Source: a virus
Length of the DNA: 64,000 nucleotides
IMG/VR virus record: IMGVR_UViG_3300037755_000305
Coordinates: 96,001 to 160,000 of that record
Strand: one strand, 5' to 3'
Part shown: positions 39,756 to 48,522 of the stretch, piece after piece
Numbering within the stretch: the stretch's first letter is position 1
Layout: the number at the start of each line of letters is the position of its first letter
Made by a program: the position numbers and the translations under genes
The notes under the pieces: generated by a model
Told to the model about the DNA's origin: nothing
Seen by the model: the letters and a program-made list of their open reading frames with translations, nothing else
Database searches by the model: none

Positions 39756-40301
39756 ATGAAAATTCTCGCACTAGATCCTGGTAAGATCAACTTCGCATTC
39801 GCCGTAATGGAGGACATGAAAGTTCTCGAAGTTGGATATATCCCCTGCATCAAGGATCTGAAAAGGGCAGCTTTTGAGAAGGAGTCTCACGGTTTCAGGA
39901 ATCGCTACTTCGACCTGCTGGAGAAGCACCAGCCAGATATGGTCGTGGCGGAGAGGTTCATGGCCAGACCTGGAGGCACCGGAGGTGCTGTTGGTGAATA
40001 CATCAACATCATGCTGGGTATCTTGTGTACCGTGAATTCCAGTAGAGGAATTACGACCGAACTTGTCACATCGGCGTCATGGAAAAACTATCTGAACAGC
40101 CGCTACGGTCGGGTGGAGAACATGAAGGAGCACTTCACCCACCTGAGTATCCACGAGGCAGACGCCCTGGGTATTGCTGTGTATTCGATGGAGGGGTCTT
40201 TGGACGAAAAAGGAAAACTCCTCAAGCGAGTGAAACGCTTGAAGCGGTACCCGTTCGTCGGCAGGGAGCCTAAGAAGGCCAGGGTGCGAAAGAAAGACTA
40301 G
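39756..40301 (+). CDS. RuvC-like Holliday junction resolvase
   Basis: ILALDPG..VVAERF..HEADALGIA acidic catalytic residues. Confidence 0.8.
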   Translation: MKILALDPGKINFAFAVMEDMKVLEVGYIPCIKDLKRAAFEKESHGFRNRYFDLLEKHQPDMVVAERFMARPGGTGGAVGEYINIMLGILCTVNSSRGITTELVTSASWKNYLNSRYGRVENMKEHFTHLSIHEADALGIAVYSMEGSLDEKGKLLKRVKRLKRYPFVGREPKKARVRKKD

Positions 40302-40792
40302 AGAATTCCGTGGGAAGCGATGCTGATCGCCTTTGTAAGAGCGAAACGAGCCAGTACGGACATAGTGTGCAGCAGATCACCCAACATCTCTTTCTTGGCA
40401 TCTACGCGCTTTCTAATACCAGCCATGGCGTCTGCGTTGGCTTCCGCTTCGGCAATTAGGGATTCTTCGTCCAGCGAAGATACGAGGCTTTTGTACGCCT
40501 CTTCGTCAAACTCTCCACCTTTTCGGAATATTTTCTCGAAAACAAAGGAGAATTCGTTCTTCGTCATGCTGAAAAGTGTCTTGTGGTGCTGCTTCACGAA
40601 AGAAATAGCTTCGTTTATTGCAGCACCTCCAATCTCTGCACCAAAGCTGGCCAAAGCTCCCGTCACACCTCCCATATCAACAGCCTTGTCTCCCAGGAAG
40701 TCCGTGATTTCAGTCACCGGATTGTCAGCTTCCTTGGACTTCACCGAAAAATATGCGATAAGCGTTTTGATAAGCTCTAGAAACCACTTCAT
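40298..40792 (-). CDS. hypothetical helical protein with amphipathic N-terminus
   Basis: ATGA overlap with the upstream lipoprotein gene. Confidence 0.6.
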   Translation of the reverse strand: MKWFLELIKTLIAYFSVKSKEADNPVTEITDFLGDKAVDMGGVTGALASFGAEIGGAAINEAISFVKQHHKTLFSMTKNEFSFVFEKIFRKGGEFDEEAYKSLVSSLDEESLIAEAEANADAMAGIRKRVDAKKEMLGDLLHTMSVLARFALTKAISIASHGIL

Positions 40793-41145
40793 TTCGCCAC
40801 CCCTTCCGCTTCTCGCCACGTTCTCTTGAACGCCTCAAGAATTCTTGCTGCTGCCTTGTCTGACAGTTCTCGACTTTCTGCCGAGTAGCAAACTACCCCT
40901 TGCTTCCGCATGACGACATTCGCATCATCAATTTCTCGGGCTCTGCCAAACCACGGATAAGCCCTCTCAGGACCTTCGGCAAAAGCTCTAGCACCGGTGT
41001 AGAAATCTTCGCACATGTCCTCAGTGATTTCATCGGCATATTGTGTCTTGTTGGATAGCTGCTCAATTACGATAGGGTCGTAGTGGGCGCAACCTGAAAA
41101 CAGAAGCACAGTTACAAAAATTGCAAAAATTGCAACGGTTCTCAT
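40789..41145 (-). CDS. putative lipoprotein
   Basis: signal peptide MRTVAIFAIFVTVLLFSG|C (lipobox). Confidence 0.7.
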   Translation of the reverse strand: MRTVAIFAIFVTVLLFSGCAHYDPIVIEQLSNKTQYADEITEDMCEDFYTGARAFAEGPERAYPWFGRAREIDDANVVMRKQGVVCYSAESRELSDKAAARILEAFKRTWREAEGVAK

Positions 41146-41540
41146 TATTCGTCCTCCAAGTAAGCCAATTCACAAAGCGTTTCGCATTCAGCAGCCAGAT
41201 CGTCATGCCCCGCTGATTCAAATATTTCAGCAGCATGTTCGAGCACATAGACCATTTTCTGCCTATCTGCTTCTCGGTCTCTAAATCGAATATCGTTGAT
41301 TTCTTCTTTAGTTTTTGGAGGAAGAAGGGGATTCCACAGAGGTTCCCTGGGGTGTCCTTGGAAGAAATCCCGCCAACCGTCTGTTCCGTGGGGATCGAGA
41401 CCTTCGTTCTCTTCGGAAAATGTAGGGGTTTTGGTTCGGAACTTTTGATCTGATGTACCAAACCAGTCGCCCGGGGCGGGTTTAGGTCGCTCGCCCGCTT
41501 CCTCGTCATCGTCGGCTCTGAAAAACTTTGGTTGGGACAC
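41145..41540 (-). CDS. acidic hypothetical protein
   Basis: 131-aa ORF coupled to the downstream gene. Confidence 0.55.
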   Translation of the reverse strand: MSQPKFFRADDDEEAGERPKPAPGDWFGTSDQKFRTKTPTFSEENEGLDPHGTDGWRDFFQGHPREPLWNPLLPPKTKEEINDIRFRDREADRQKMVYVLEHAAEIFESAGHDDLAAECETLCELAYLEDE

Positions 41541-41591
41541 AGATATTCCTCCATTCTAGATATAACTTATGTCTTGAATGGAGGGCTCGCA

Positions 41592-42569
41592 ATGCTAAGA
41601 AAAGCAGATAATATCCGCACAACCGACGCCCATCAGGTAAATCGGGACAACTGGGCTTTCGATAAAACCCAGGCAAAAGAAGACTTTCCACATGAAGTTG
41701 CTCTGAGAGATTTGGTTCCCCGAATTCAGTCCAGAGCCCGAGATGCTTTGGCTGTGGATCGTGTAGAGACTCTCTTTTTTCAGCGAAAGCTAACAGGTCG
41801 CCGGTGCTCTTGCTTCATCGTGGAATCCTCACCCGACGGACAGTGCCAAACCTGTTACGGCACAGGCATCGTTGGAGGCTATACCAAGTTCGGAACAACC
41901 GATCTCACAATCGACGTTACCAGCCCCAGTCTGCGCTGTGTTAATGTGCGACCGCTCTACGAACTTCAAGCGCGCCCTGTACTTATGGGACTGGACGACA
42001 GCGCCCTAGAGGGTTACATTGAGGTTGACGTGGAAATTCGCCAATCTATAGGGGTTACTGACACCTTCAAATTCGTTGCCAGAACGACATCCCTCACACA
42101 GAACAACAGCATCACACCTCTTGTCCGACGATCGGACGAGACAGACTTTGTTCCTATCACATACGCTAATCTTGATTCCAGACTCAAGTCCCAGAAGCTC
42201 ACGTTCAGGTTCGAGTTCTCTCGGGCGACTCTGAGCGATGCCAATCCAATCATGTCGCATTTCTTTCTCAGGGCCAAGCTCGTGAATGACCTGACAGTTC
42301 GTGTGGACCTTCCTAGGGACCGAGAGAGCATTACTTTGGCAGAGTTCGGAATATACGACTCGTGGACCGTGATTACTGGATACTTCGACAACACTGTACC
42401 AAGAGTTGGCGTAGAAGATTTCGTTTTCCGTTGCAGAGATCAGGAATTATGGAAAGTGGTGGATTCAAGCCCCAATCGACCGCTCAACATCCTTACTAGC
42501 CACGATGTTAGCTTACGTCTAGTGCAGACATTCGAGCCTTACGTGAATGTTCCTATAGGTAAGACCTAA
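41592..42569 (+). CDS. putative neck/head-tail adaptor protein
   Basis: GRRCSC...CQTCYGTG..GGY motif; GGAGG RBS before ATG 41592. Confidence 0.55.
   Translation: MLRKADNIRTTDAHQVNRDNWAFDKTQAKEDFPHEVALRDLVPRIQSRARDALAVDRVETLFFQRKLTGRRCSCFIVESSPDGQCQTCYGTGIVGGYTKFGTTDLTIDVTSPSLRCVNVRPLYELQARPVLMGLDDSALEGYIEVDVEIRQSIGVTDTFKFVARTTSLTQNNSITPLVRRSDETDFVPITYANLDSRLKSQKLTFRFEFSRATLSDANPIMSHFFLRAKLVNDLTVRVDLPRDRESITLAEFGIYDSWTVITGYFDNTVPRVGVEDFVFRCRDQELWKVVDSSPNRPLNILTSHDVSLRLVQTFEPYVNVPIGKT
42513..42569 (+). repeat. 57-nt repeat copy 1 (3' end of the adaptor gene)
   Basis: encodes LRLVQTFEPYVNVPIGKT*; 26-nt core identical to copy 2. Confidence 0.85.
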
Positions 42570-43183
42570 TGAAATTTTGTAGAGGTTGTGAAACAGAGAA
42601 ACCTATTCACGCTTTTTCTAAACGTTCAGATAGTCCCAGTGGGGTACAAGCTAGATGCAAAGCATGCTCTAAAGCGTACATGGATAGGAACAGAGAAAAA
42701 CAAAGAGAAAGGGTTACCAAAAGGCACCATGAAAGAAAAGCTGATGTAGCCTACGTAAAATCCAGAAGAGCCACGTCTGCTGCCTGGAAGAAAAACAACA
42801 AAAACAGGGTGAACGAGGCGTGGCGAATCCGGGACCAAGATAGGCGCAATTCTGACCTTAACTACAGACTTAGGCGCAATATGCGCTCTAGGTTAAAGCG
42901 ATATTTCTCAAACAAAGCTGGTTCCGTGATAACAGATCTTGGGTGCTCCGTTCCCCACCTTATCACCTATTTGGAGGACCAGTGGGAATCCGGCATGTCT
43001 TGGCAGAACTACGGAACAGAGTGGGAAATCGACCACATTGAGCCCTTGGCTATTTTTGACCTAGCTGATAGAAAGCAGTTCTTAAAAGCTTGCCATTACA
43101 GTAACTTACAACCTCTATGGTGTAAAGAACATAGACGTAAGACTGCGAAAGACTTGACAAAAATGCGCAAAATGCGCAAATGA
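42569..43183 (+). CDS. free-standing HNH homing endonuclease
   Basis: CRGC..CKAC N-terminus; WEIDHIEPL..ACHYSNLQPL; visibly AT-richer than flanks. Confidence 0.85.
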   Translation: MKFCRGCETEKPIHAFSKRSDSPSGVQARCKACSKAYMDRNREKQRERVTKRHHERKADVAYVKSRRATSAAWKKNNKNRVNEAWRIRDQDRRNSDLNYRLRRNMRSRLKRYFSNKAGSVITDLGCSVPHLITYLEDQWESGMSWQNYGTEWEIDHIEPLAIFDLADRKQFLKACHYSNLQPLWCKEHRRKTAKDLTKMRKMRK

Positions 43184-43185
43184 CC

Positions 43186-43242
43186 CTAAGACTGGTCCAG
43201 AGCTTCGAGCCTTACGTGAATGTTCCTATCGGGAAGACATAG
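43186..43242 (+). repeat. 57-nt repeat copy 2 (orphan duplicate of the adaptor 3' end)
   Basis: encodes LRLVQSFEPYVNVPIGKT* with alternative codons. Confidence 0.85.
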
Positions 43243-43344
43243 CTTATCTATTCCCTATAAGGCCAAATTGCCCTGTATGCTGATCGGCCTATAGAATGAC
43301 GTTGCCGGCGACAGTCCGGATGCGTTCTAAGGAGAATAGATACA

Positions 43345-44439
43345 ATGGCAACCCGTACACTCAATGCAAAGACAGATCTCACGTATGAAGAGATCTTCGA
43401 GGGATATGCAAACGGCAAGTCCCGGCTACCCAAGGTTCTGAAAGATATCGCAGCAGGCACCGGAACTTTTTCCACACTAGCAAACGATGCTGGTGTGGAC
43501 ATTCTGAGGCGCCGAACAGGCGGAGGTAACTCAGAAAACTCCAGCAATGTTGGTGTTTCTATTTCTTCCCCTGTAGCCAAGCTAATCAGCGCAGCTAGAT
43601 ACAACACGCTTCTAGCAGGTTACGATCCCGTAGGCGGGCAGCCTAGCCAGAACTACATTGATGCAGACGTTCGTGGTGTCACCAAGGACACTTTTGATCT
43701 TCTGGACTTTGTGTCTGGGGTAAACAACAGCGAACAGTCCAAAGGTTCCGGCAACAAACTGTCAACCCGAGCGGCTAAGCTGAAAGCTCAGGGCTCTAAT
43801 GTTGTCACGCGCGATTTCACAGAACTGGTTGCTCTATCTGACCAGGGCTACAATGTTCGAACCAAGTTCGGTGATCGTGTTGGCGGCGGTGGTGCTACGG
43901 GCGAGGTTCACGGCGTTGACCAGGGAATTCCTGGTCTTATCGCTACAGACTCCCAGGCAATTCTCATCGGCGCAACCGGTGAGACCTTCGATATGTCAGG
44001 GGACACTGATATGGATGTCGAGGTTGACAACGCAGGCGTTGATGCCGTAATCTACCCGGCATCTACACTGTCCAGAAGTGCTGTTGTTGCTCTAACCAAC
44101 GGTCAGCTTTCTTCTGGTGAAGCCGTAAGCATCGGCGAGCAAATTGCTCTTCGATCCAGTGGCCTCGGTTCTCAGGGAGAAATCAGTGTAACAGGAGAAA
44201 ACACGGTTCTGGACTTCCCGTTCGGTACTGTGGTAGGGGCTACGGTTGGTGCCTCTTCTTTGTCTACCAACGATACGGTAGTTTCTCTTGGTGCCGCAGC
44301 AGTCAACACTAGGACCAACATCCGATACGGGACCTACCAGTTCGGCGTTCTTCGAATATACACCTCGATCAATGACGCCGCCCCGGTAGCCTACATTCTT
44401 CACCCTGATTTGTTGGACGATCTGGTAGCCAACCAGTAA
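43345..44439 (+). CDS. virion structural protein (unassigned)
   Basis: 364 aa, Gly/Ser/Thr/Val-rich, AAGGAG RBS. Confidence 0.65.
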   Translation: MATRTLNAKTDLTYEEIFEGYANGKSRLPKVLKDIAAGTGTFSTLANDAGVDILRRRTGGGNSENSSNVGVSISSPVAKLISAARYNTLLAGYDPVGGQPSQNYIDADVRGVTKDTFDLLDFVSGVNNSEQSKGSGNKLSTRAAKLKAQGSNVVTRDFTELVALSDQGYNVRTKFGDRVGGGGATGEVHGVDQGIPGLIATDSQAILIGATGETFDMSGDTDMDVEVDNAGVDAVIYPASTLSRSAVVALTNGQLSSGEAVSIGEQIALRSSGLGSQGEISVTGENTVLDFPFGTVVGATVGASSLSTNDTVVSLGAAAVNTRTNIRYGTYQFGVLRIYTSINDAAPVAYILHPDLLDDLVANQ

Positions 44440-44462
44440 GCCGTAGACAGGAGTCTCGGTTT

Positions 44463-45137
44463 ATGGAAGCTGCAAAGCTCGCACAGCGCATTGGCGTGAT
44501 TCTGGCACATACTTTGCTGTCAGAGGCTAGAAAGCCCATTAGCGTATCTTATGAGTCGGACCAGGGTGTAGACATGAGCTACACCCTGTGTTCTGCCTTC
44601 TACGTTCATATGTCTGATTTGCAGAACTTGATGAACATGCCGATTGATTTGTGGATCTCTGTAGTCTACAAACTGAACGAGGCGGGGGATCAAGATCTTG
44701 GGTTCGCAGTAGCACACGAAAAGGTGCCTGCCTGCGAACTCAAGGTCTACCCTCTGCCATCAATCAACTACGCCGCCGAAGCCATTAAGCGTTTCATGGC
44801 ATATAGCATGTTGCCTTACTTCGATATTGACGGTGTAGCAGCCAAGACTAATCTTGCATTTCTACAAGGAAAGTACGGAAAAGCCGATGGATGGGGTGAT
44901 ACAATCACCTTACATATCAAAGCCGAAGACTTTCCTTACGACGTCGATTATGCAGGCGGTGTGTTCAGGGGTTTTTCAGAAAGGCTAATGGAAGCCATGA
45001 AGAGAGACGTAGCCACGGCAATAGGTATCACCGATGATCTTCGTCACAGGGTATATTCAATGGGAAACGAAATTGGGATTGTATTCGTTCCAGAGTCTAC
45101 ATACCTAGCTTCTCGCGAAGTTCCAAAAGAGTTATAG
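44463..45137 (+). CDS. hypothetical protein
   Basis: 224-aa ORF with AGGAG RBS. Confidence 0.7.
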   Translation: MEAAKLAQRIGVILAHTLLSEARKPISVSYESDQGVDMSYTLCSAFYVHMSDLQNLMNMPIDLWISVVYKLNEAGDQDLGFAVAHEKVPACELKVYPLPSINYAAEAIKRFMAYSMLPYFDIDGVAAKTNLAFLQGKYGKADGWGDTITLHIKAEDFPYDVDYAGGVFRGFSERLMEAMKRDVATAIGITDDLRHRVYSMGNEIGIVFVPESTYLASREVPKEL

Positions 45138-45149
45138 GAGTAAATAATC

Positions 45150-46376
45150 GTGGCATTTCTTAGCGAATCTGACGATATCCCGCGAATTTTGACTCGTGGA
45201 ACTTCTCAAGTATTCCGTATTGGCTTCTTTACAGACGGATCTAAATCAACACCACTTATTCCCAAAGACCCGCTAAAGTACCCCTCTTACGAGATTCTTA
45301 GCCCCGATGGCGTCGCTGTCCAAACTGGTGTCCTACAGTCCGATGGCGGTGTTGGAGAATACGCTACCACATGGTTTGTGCCTGACGATGCTGACTTGTC
45401 AAACGCCAACAACCGTTACCAGTTCAAAGCCTTTATCGTTACTAACACTAACGAGCAAGCAGAAATCACGCACGAATTCGATGTTCAGGACGTTGTCGTA
45501 ACGGCGTCTGATGATAGAAGCCAAAGCATCCTAAGTCTGGTAAACAGAGAACTTAGGCTCCAAATTCAGCGCACTTCTAGAATTGATTTAGATGGTGGAG
45601 GTTCTTTGAGCCTGGAGATGATTCTTGGTAGCACTTCCGGAAAGTCTGTAGCTATCGGTCCTGGCGGTCTGTCCAACGTGGTTACACTTGAGAATGGTCA
45701 GATACAGGAAACTCAATATGGAGACAGCTATCTGTATCACTACACGATTCCCGCTGGTGTGCTAAGTATGCCTAACTGTCCTTACATTACACTATGGAGT
45801 ATTCGGGATAACGTTGCTTCGGCTGAAGAGACCCAGTTTCAACTAATTCGGTCGGTTGACGGACCTATTCTGAACATGACCGTGCAGCTACGCCAGATAA
45901 TCGACAAATTTCAAAAACAACGCGGCCGGGTACAAGCATATGAGGACTCAGATTTGGTCGAATATCTCGATCGTGGCTTGGAAATCATCAATGTAACTTA
46001 CCCTATTACAGCTTGGCAGATGTCTTTTATCGGTGGATCTCAGTTCAACTCCTTCATTCTGCTGGCAGCAGCGTGGTACGGTCTCAACGCTCAATACCTA
46101 ATGGAAGTGGATCTGGGGTTCGCTTTTTCTGGACAGACAGTAACACTGGATTATGACCATGCTCCCATGCTGGCTGAGGCCATAAATCGCTTCCGAGATT
46201 ACCTGAACGATGCTGTTAGCCCTGCCAAACTAGGGTTTATACGCGCTACAAGCTCTGTAGGCAGCTTTGCAGGAAAGCCTATGGGGTTCCGGTCCTTGAA
46301 CAGATTCACCTTCCCAATGGGGAACTTTAGTTCTGGCGATATCATGCAGACCCTCAGTAACATTGGTCTTCTCTAG
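45150..46376 (+). CDS. putative neck/connector structural protein
   Basis: Ig-like N-terminus; C-terminal helical domain YEDSDLVEYL..GLEIIN..FSGQTVTLDYD resembling head-completion proteins (recollection). Confidence 0.5.
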   Translation: MAFLSESDDIPRILTRGTSQVFRIGFFTDGSKSTPLIPKDPLKYPSYEILSPDGVAVQTGVLQSDGGVGEYATTWFVPDDADLSNANNRYQFKAFIVTNTNEQAEITHEFDVQDVVVTASDDRSQSILSLVNRELRLQIQRTSRIDLDGGGSLSLEMILGSTSGKSVAIGPGGLSNVVTLENGQIQETQYGDSYLYHYTIPAGVLSMPNCPYITLWSIRDNVASAEETQFQLIRSVDGPILNMTVQLRQIIDKFQKQRGRVQAYEDSDLVEYLDRGLEIINVTYPITAWQMSFIGGSQFNSFILLAAAWYGLNAQYLMEVDLGFAFSGQTVTLDYDHAPMLAEAINRFRDYLNDAVSPAKLGFIRATSSVGSFAGKPMGFRSLNRFTFPMGNFSSGDIMQTLSNIGLL

Positions 46377-46489
46377 TGGGAACCAGAACTCCTGAGCTTT
46401 CCAGAAAATGTCCCACAGAAATTCTGTAGCTTATCTCTAAACGGGGCCCACGGTTGGGCTCTTTTCCACCTTCGAAGGGAGAAATCAAT

Positions 46490-46693
46490 ATGTTGGAATG
46501 GATTGCCGCAAATGGCGAAACAATCGCTATGGTCTGGGCCGCTGTCGTGGCCGTGGCTGAGGTAGCCAAGCGACTTATTCCTGGTACCAAGGACGACACT
46601 ATTATCGTCAAGGTTCTGGATGTGGTTGCCCAGGTACTCACTCTCGGTGGCGTAAAGCTACTGCCCAAGCAGGACGGCGTACTCAAGGGCTAA
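46490..46693 (+). CDS. small holin-like membrane protein
   Basis: 67 aa; hydrophobic helix followed by IPGTKDD..and a second helix. Confidence 0.5.
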   Translation: MLEWIAANGETIAMVWAAVVAVAEVAKRLIPGTKDDTIIVKVLDVVAQVLTLGGVKLLPKQDGVLKG

Positions 46694-46715
46694 GTCCTAT
46701 TTAGGACTACCCACG

Positions 46716-46754
46716 GGGCCAGCCCGGGTTCCCGCCCAGGCTGGCTCTTTTTTT
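46716..46754 (+). terminator. rho-independent terminator
   Basis: gggccagcccggg...cccaggctggctc followed by a run of T. Confidence 0.75.
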
Positions 46755-46764
46755 GGCTGGGGTT

Positions 46765-48522
46765 ATGACATTACAAGCAAAAATCGCAGCGTATCACAAT
46801 GTTGATAGCAACGTAGTCACAATCCAGGTCTACGTAGTCAGCACTGATGATGAATACTATCACCCAGCGGAAGTGGTTTCTGGTGAGGTCCAGATTTTTA
46901 ATGTGTACAGCACACCACAAACGGGTCTTCAGGAAATTGCCTTAGAGAGGGTAACATTTACCAAATCCGCAGCCAATCAGGACGGTTACTTCTCAATATA
47001 CTTCATCAATCCTGCTGTTTCCACAAATCTGGAAGCCAGAGTATCTTTGGATTTGAATGGACAAGGAATCACGACAGGAGTTACCACCGTAAGGAAGGAA
47101 ACCGGTACGTTCTCTGACCAACCGAGCACTTCTGTGATTGGAAACGCGACTAATCGTTCTTGGCACTTGGACAAGAACAAACAGAGGGACGTCCCTTACG
47201 CCGACGAATCTCCGCATAACCCAATCGAATTAGGCGACAACCAAACCGTCACCATTGAACAAGATATCGTAAATACTGTATGGGTTGACATCAATTTTGA
47301 AAAACTCGCTGAGGTGAAATCTGATGCTCAGCTACCGGGACAACTTGTGTATATTGGTGGAGGTGGGAGGCTTCTTCCAAAGCCAGGGTCACTATCGTAT
47401 CAAGCTATAGACACACCTCCCTGGGAACTTGGCACATCTACGTTCACGGAGCAAGGTTCTATACAGCTTTTACCCAATAACACGTACACGGATTCCACCA
47501 CTATTCCGTGCGGCTCTGGTTTCTTTCCTGGGGGCTACACCATGGATTCTCCAGGAATCAATATTATCAAGAGTGGCGTGCAGCATCTACAGGGTGACGG
47601 ATTCGTAGCCAATGCGTGGAGTATTCAACTAAATGGTGCGAGCCCCGCTAGCATATCGCCCTACAGCAAAGCAAGCCTTGGCTTGCTCGAACCTGTTACG
47701 TTTGACGTGACAGAACCTATCGCTCTGTCTTTGCTGGCTGGTATGTCAAAGGTGGCACCAGACAGCGAAATCACGGAAGCCAACCTAGTTCTGAACTTCT
47801 ATGACACCACGGATATTCTATTGTCCTCTAAGACTGTAAGTGTGGCTCCAGCGGATCTATTCAATGCAAGACCCTTGAAGCCATTTAGCATTTCAGCTAA
47901 ACCTTCCGAATATCCAGCCACAACTGAAAAATTCACATGGCGCTTAGAGATCGCCAGTGTTAGCCAAGGGGATTACGTAACTGTGATTACTGCGTTACCT
48001 AGTGTGACGTACACGCCCTTCGCCACATCCCAGGTTCTTTCTGGAGAATCTCGCGCGATTGACAGTCTGTCATTTACTCCTGATGATCCTTTCACTCTGG
48101 AAGAAGGTGCTGTAGTGTTGAACAATGCCATAGGGTTCGAGGTTACACCTACAGAGACCAAATGGTTCTTTGACACCAGGGAATCTGCTGGTCTAACCAG
48201 CGGGGTTGCACTTAGGGTAAACGCTGACGGTACACTTACACTATTCGTTCAAAACTCTACTGAAACTGCTTATGTTTCAACTTCTACGGCTCCTTCGTGG
48301 GTTAGCGGTGAAGTTCACGAAGTTGTAGCTGAATGGAGAACAGATCCTTCCTTGTTGCGGGTTTCAGTAGACGGTGTTACATTGATAGAGAACACCACAA
48401 CAGCTCTCCCGGACATGACCGGAATCACGGCTACCAGTATCCAGATGGGATCAGATTCCCAGGTGGCGGGTAGTTTGGACTCAGAGTTTGTCAGGGCCGT
48501 ATTCCTAAAGAGACCCAGATGA
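46765..48522 (+). CDS. structural protein with C-terminal LamG/ConA-like domain
   Basis: beta-rich, S/T-rich; C-terminal W..GEVHEVVAEW..LRVSVDG. Confidence 0.55.
   Translation: MTLQAKIAAYHNVDSNVVTIQVYVVSTDDEYYHPAEVVSGEVQIFNVYSTPQTGLQEIALERVTFTKSAANQDGYFSIYFINPAVSTNLEARVSLDLNGQGITTGVTTVRKETGTFSDQPSTSVIGNATNRSWHLDKNKQRDVPYADESPHNPIELGDNQTVTIEQDIVNTVWVDINFEKLAEVKSDAQLPGQLVYIGGGGRLLPKPGSLSYQAIDTPPWELGTSTFTEQGSIQLLPNNTYTDSTTIPCGSGFFPGGYTMDSPGINIIKSGVQHLQGDGFVANAWSIQLNGASPASISPYSKASLGLLEPVTFDVTEPIALSLLAGMSKVAPDSEITEANLVLNFYDTTDILLSSKTVSVAPADLFNARPLKPFSISAKPSEYPATTEKFTWRLEIASVSQGDYVTVITALPSVTYTPFATSQVLSGESRAIDSLSFTPDDPFTLEEGAVVLNNAIGFEVTPTETKWFFDTRESAGLTSGVALRVNADGTLTLFVQNSTETAYVSTSTAPSWVSGEVHEVVAEWRTDPSLLRVSVDGVTLIENTTTALPDMTGITATSIQMGSDSQVAGSLDSEFVRAVFLKRPR

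Noticed and set aside
40298-41145. Spanin pair
   Set aside because: The lipoprotein comes first, the partner lacks a clear TM anchor and periplasmic coiled coil, and the pair is far from the endolysin; not supportable.
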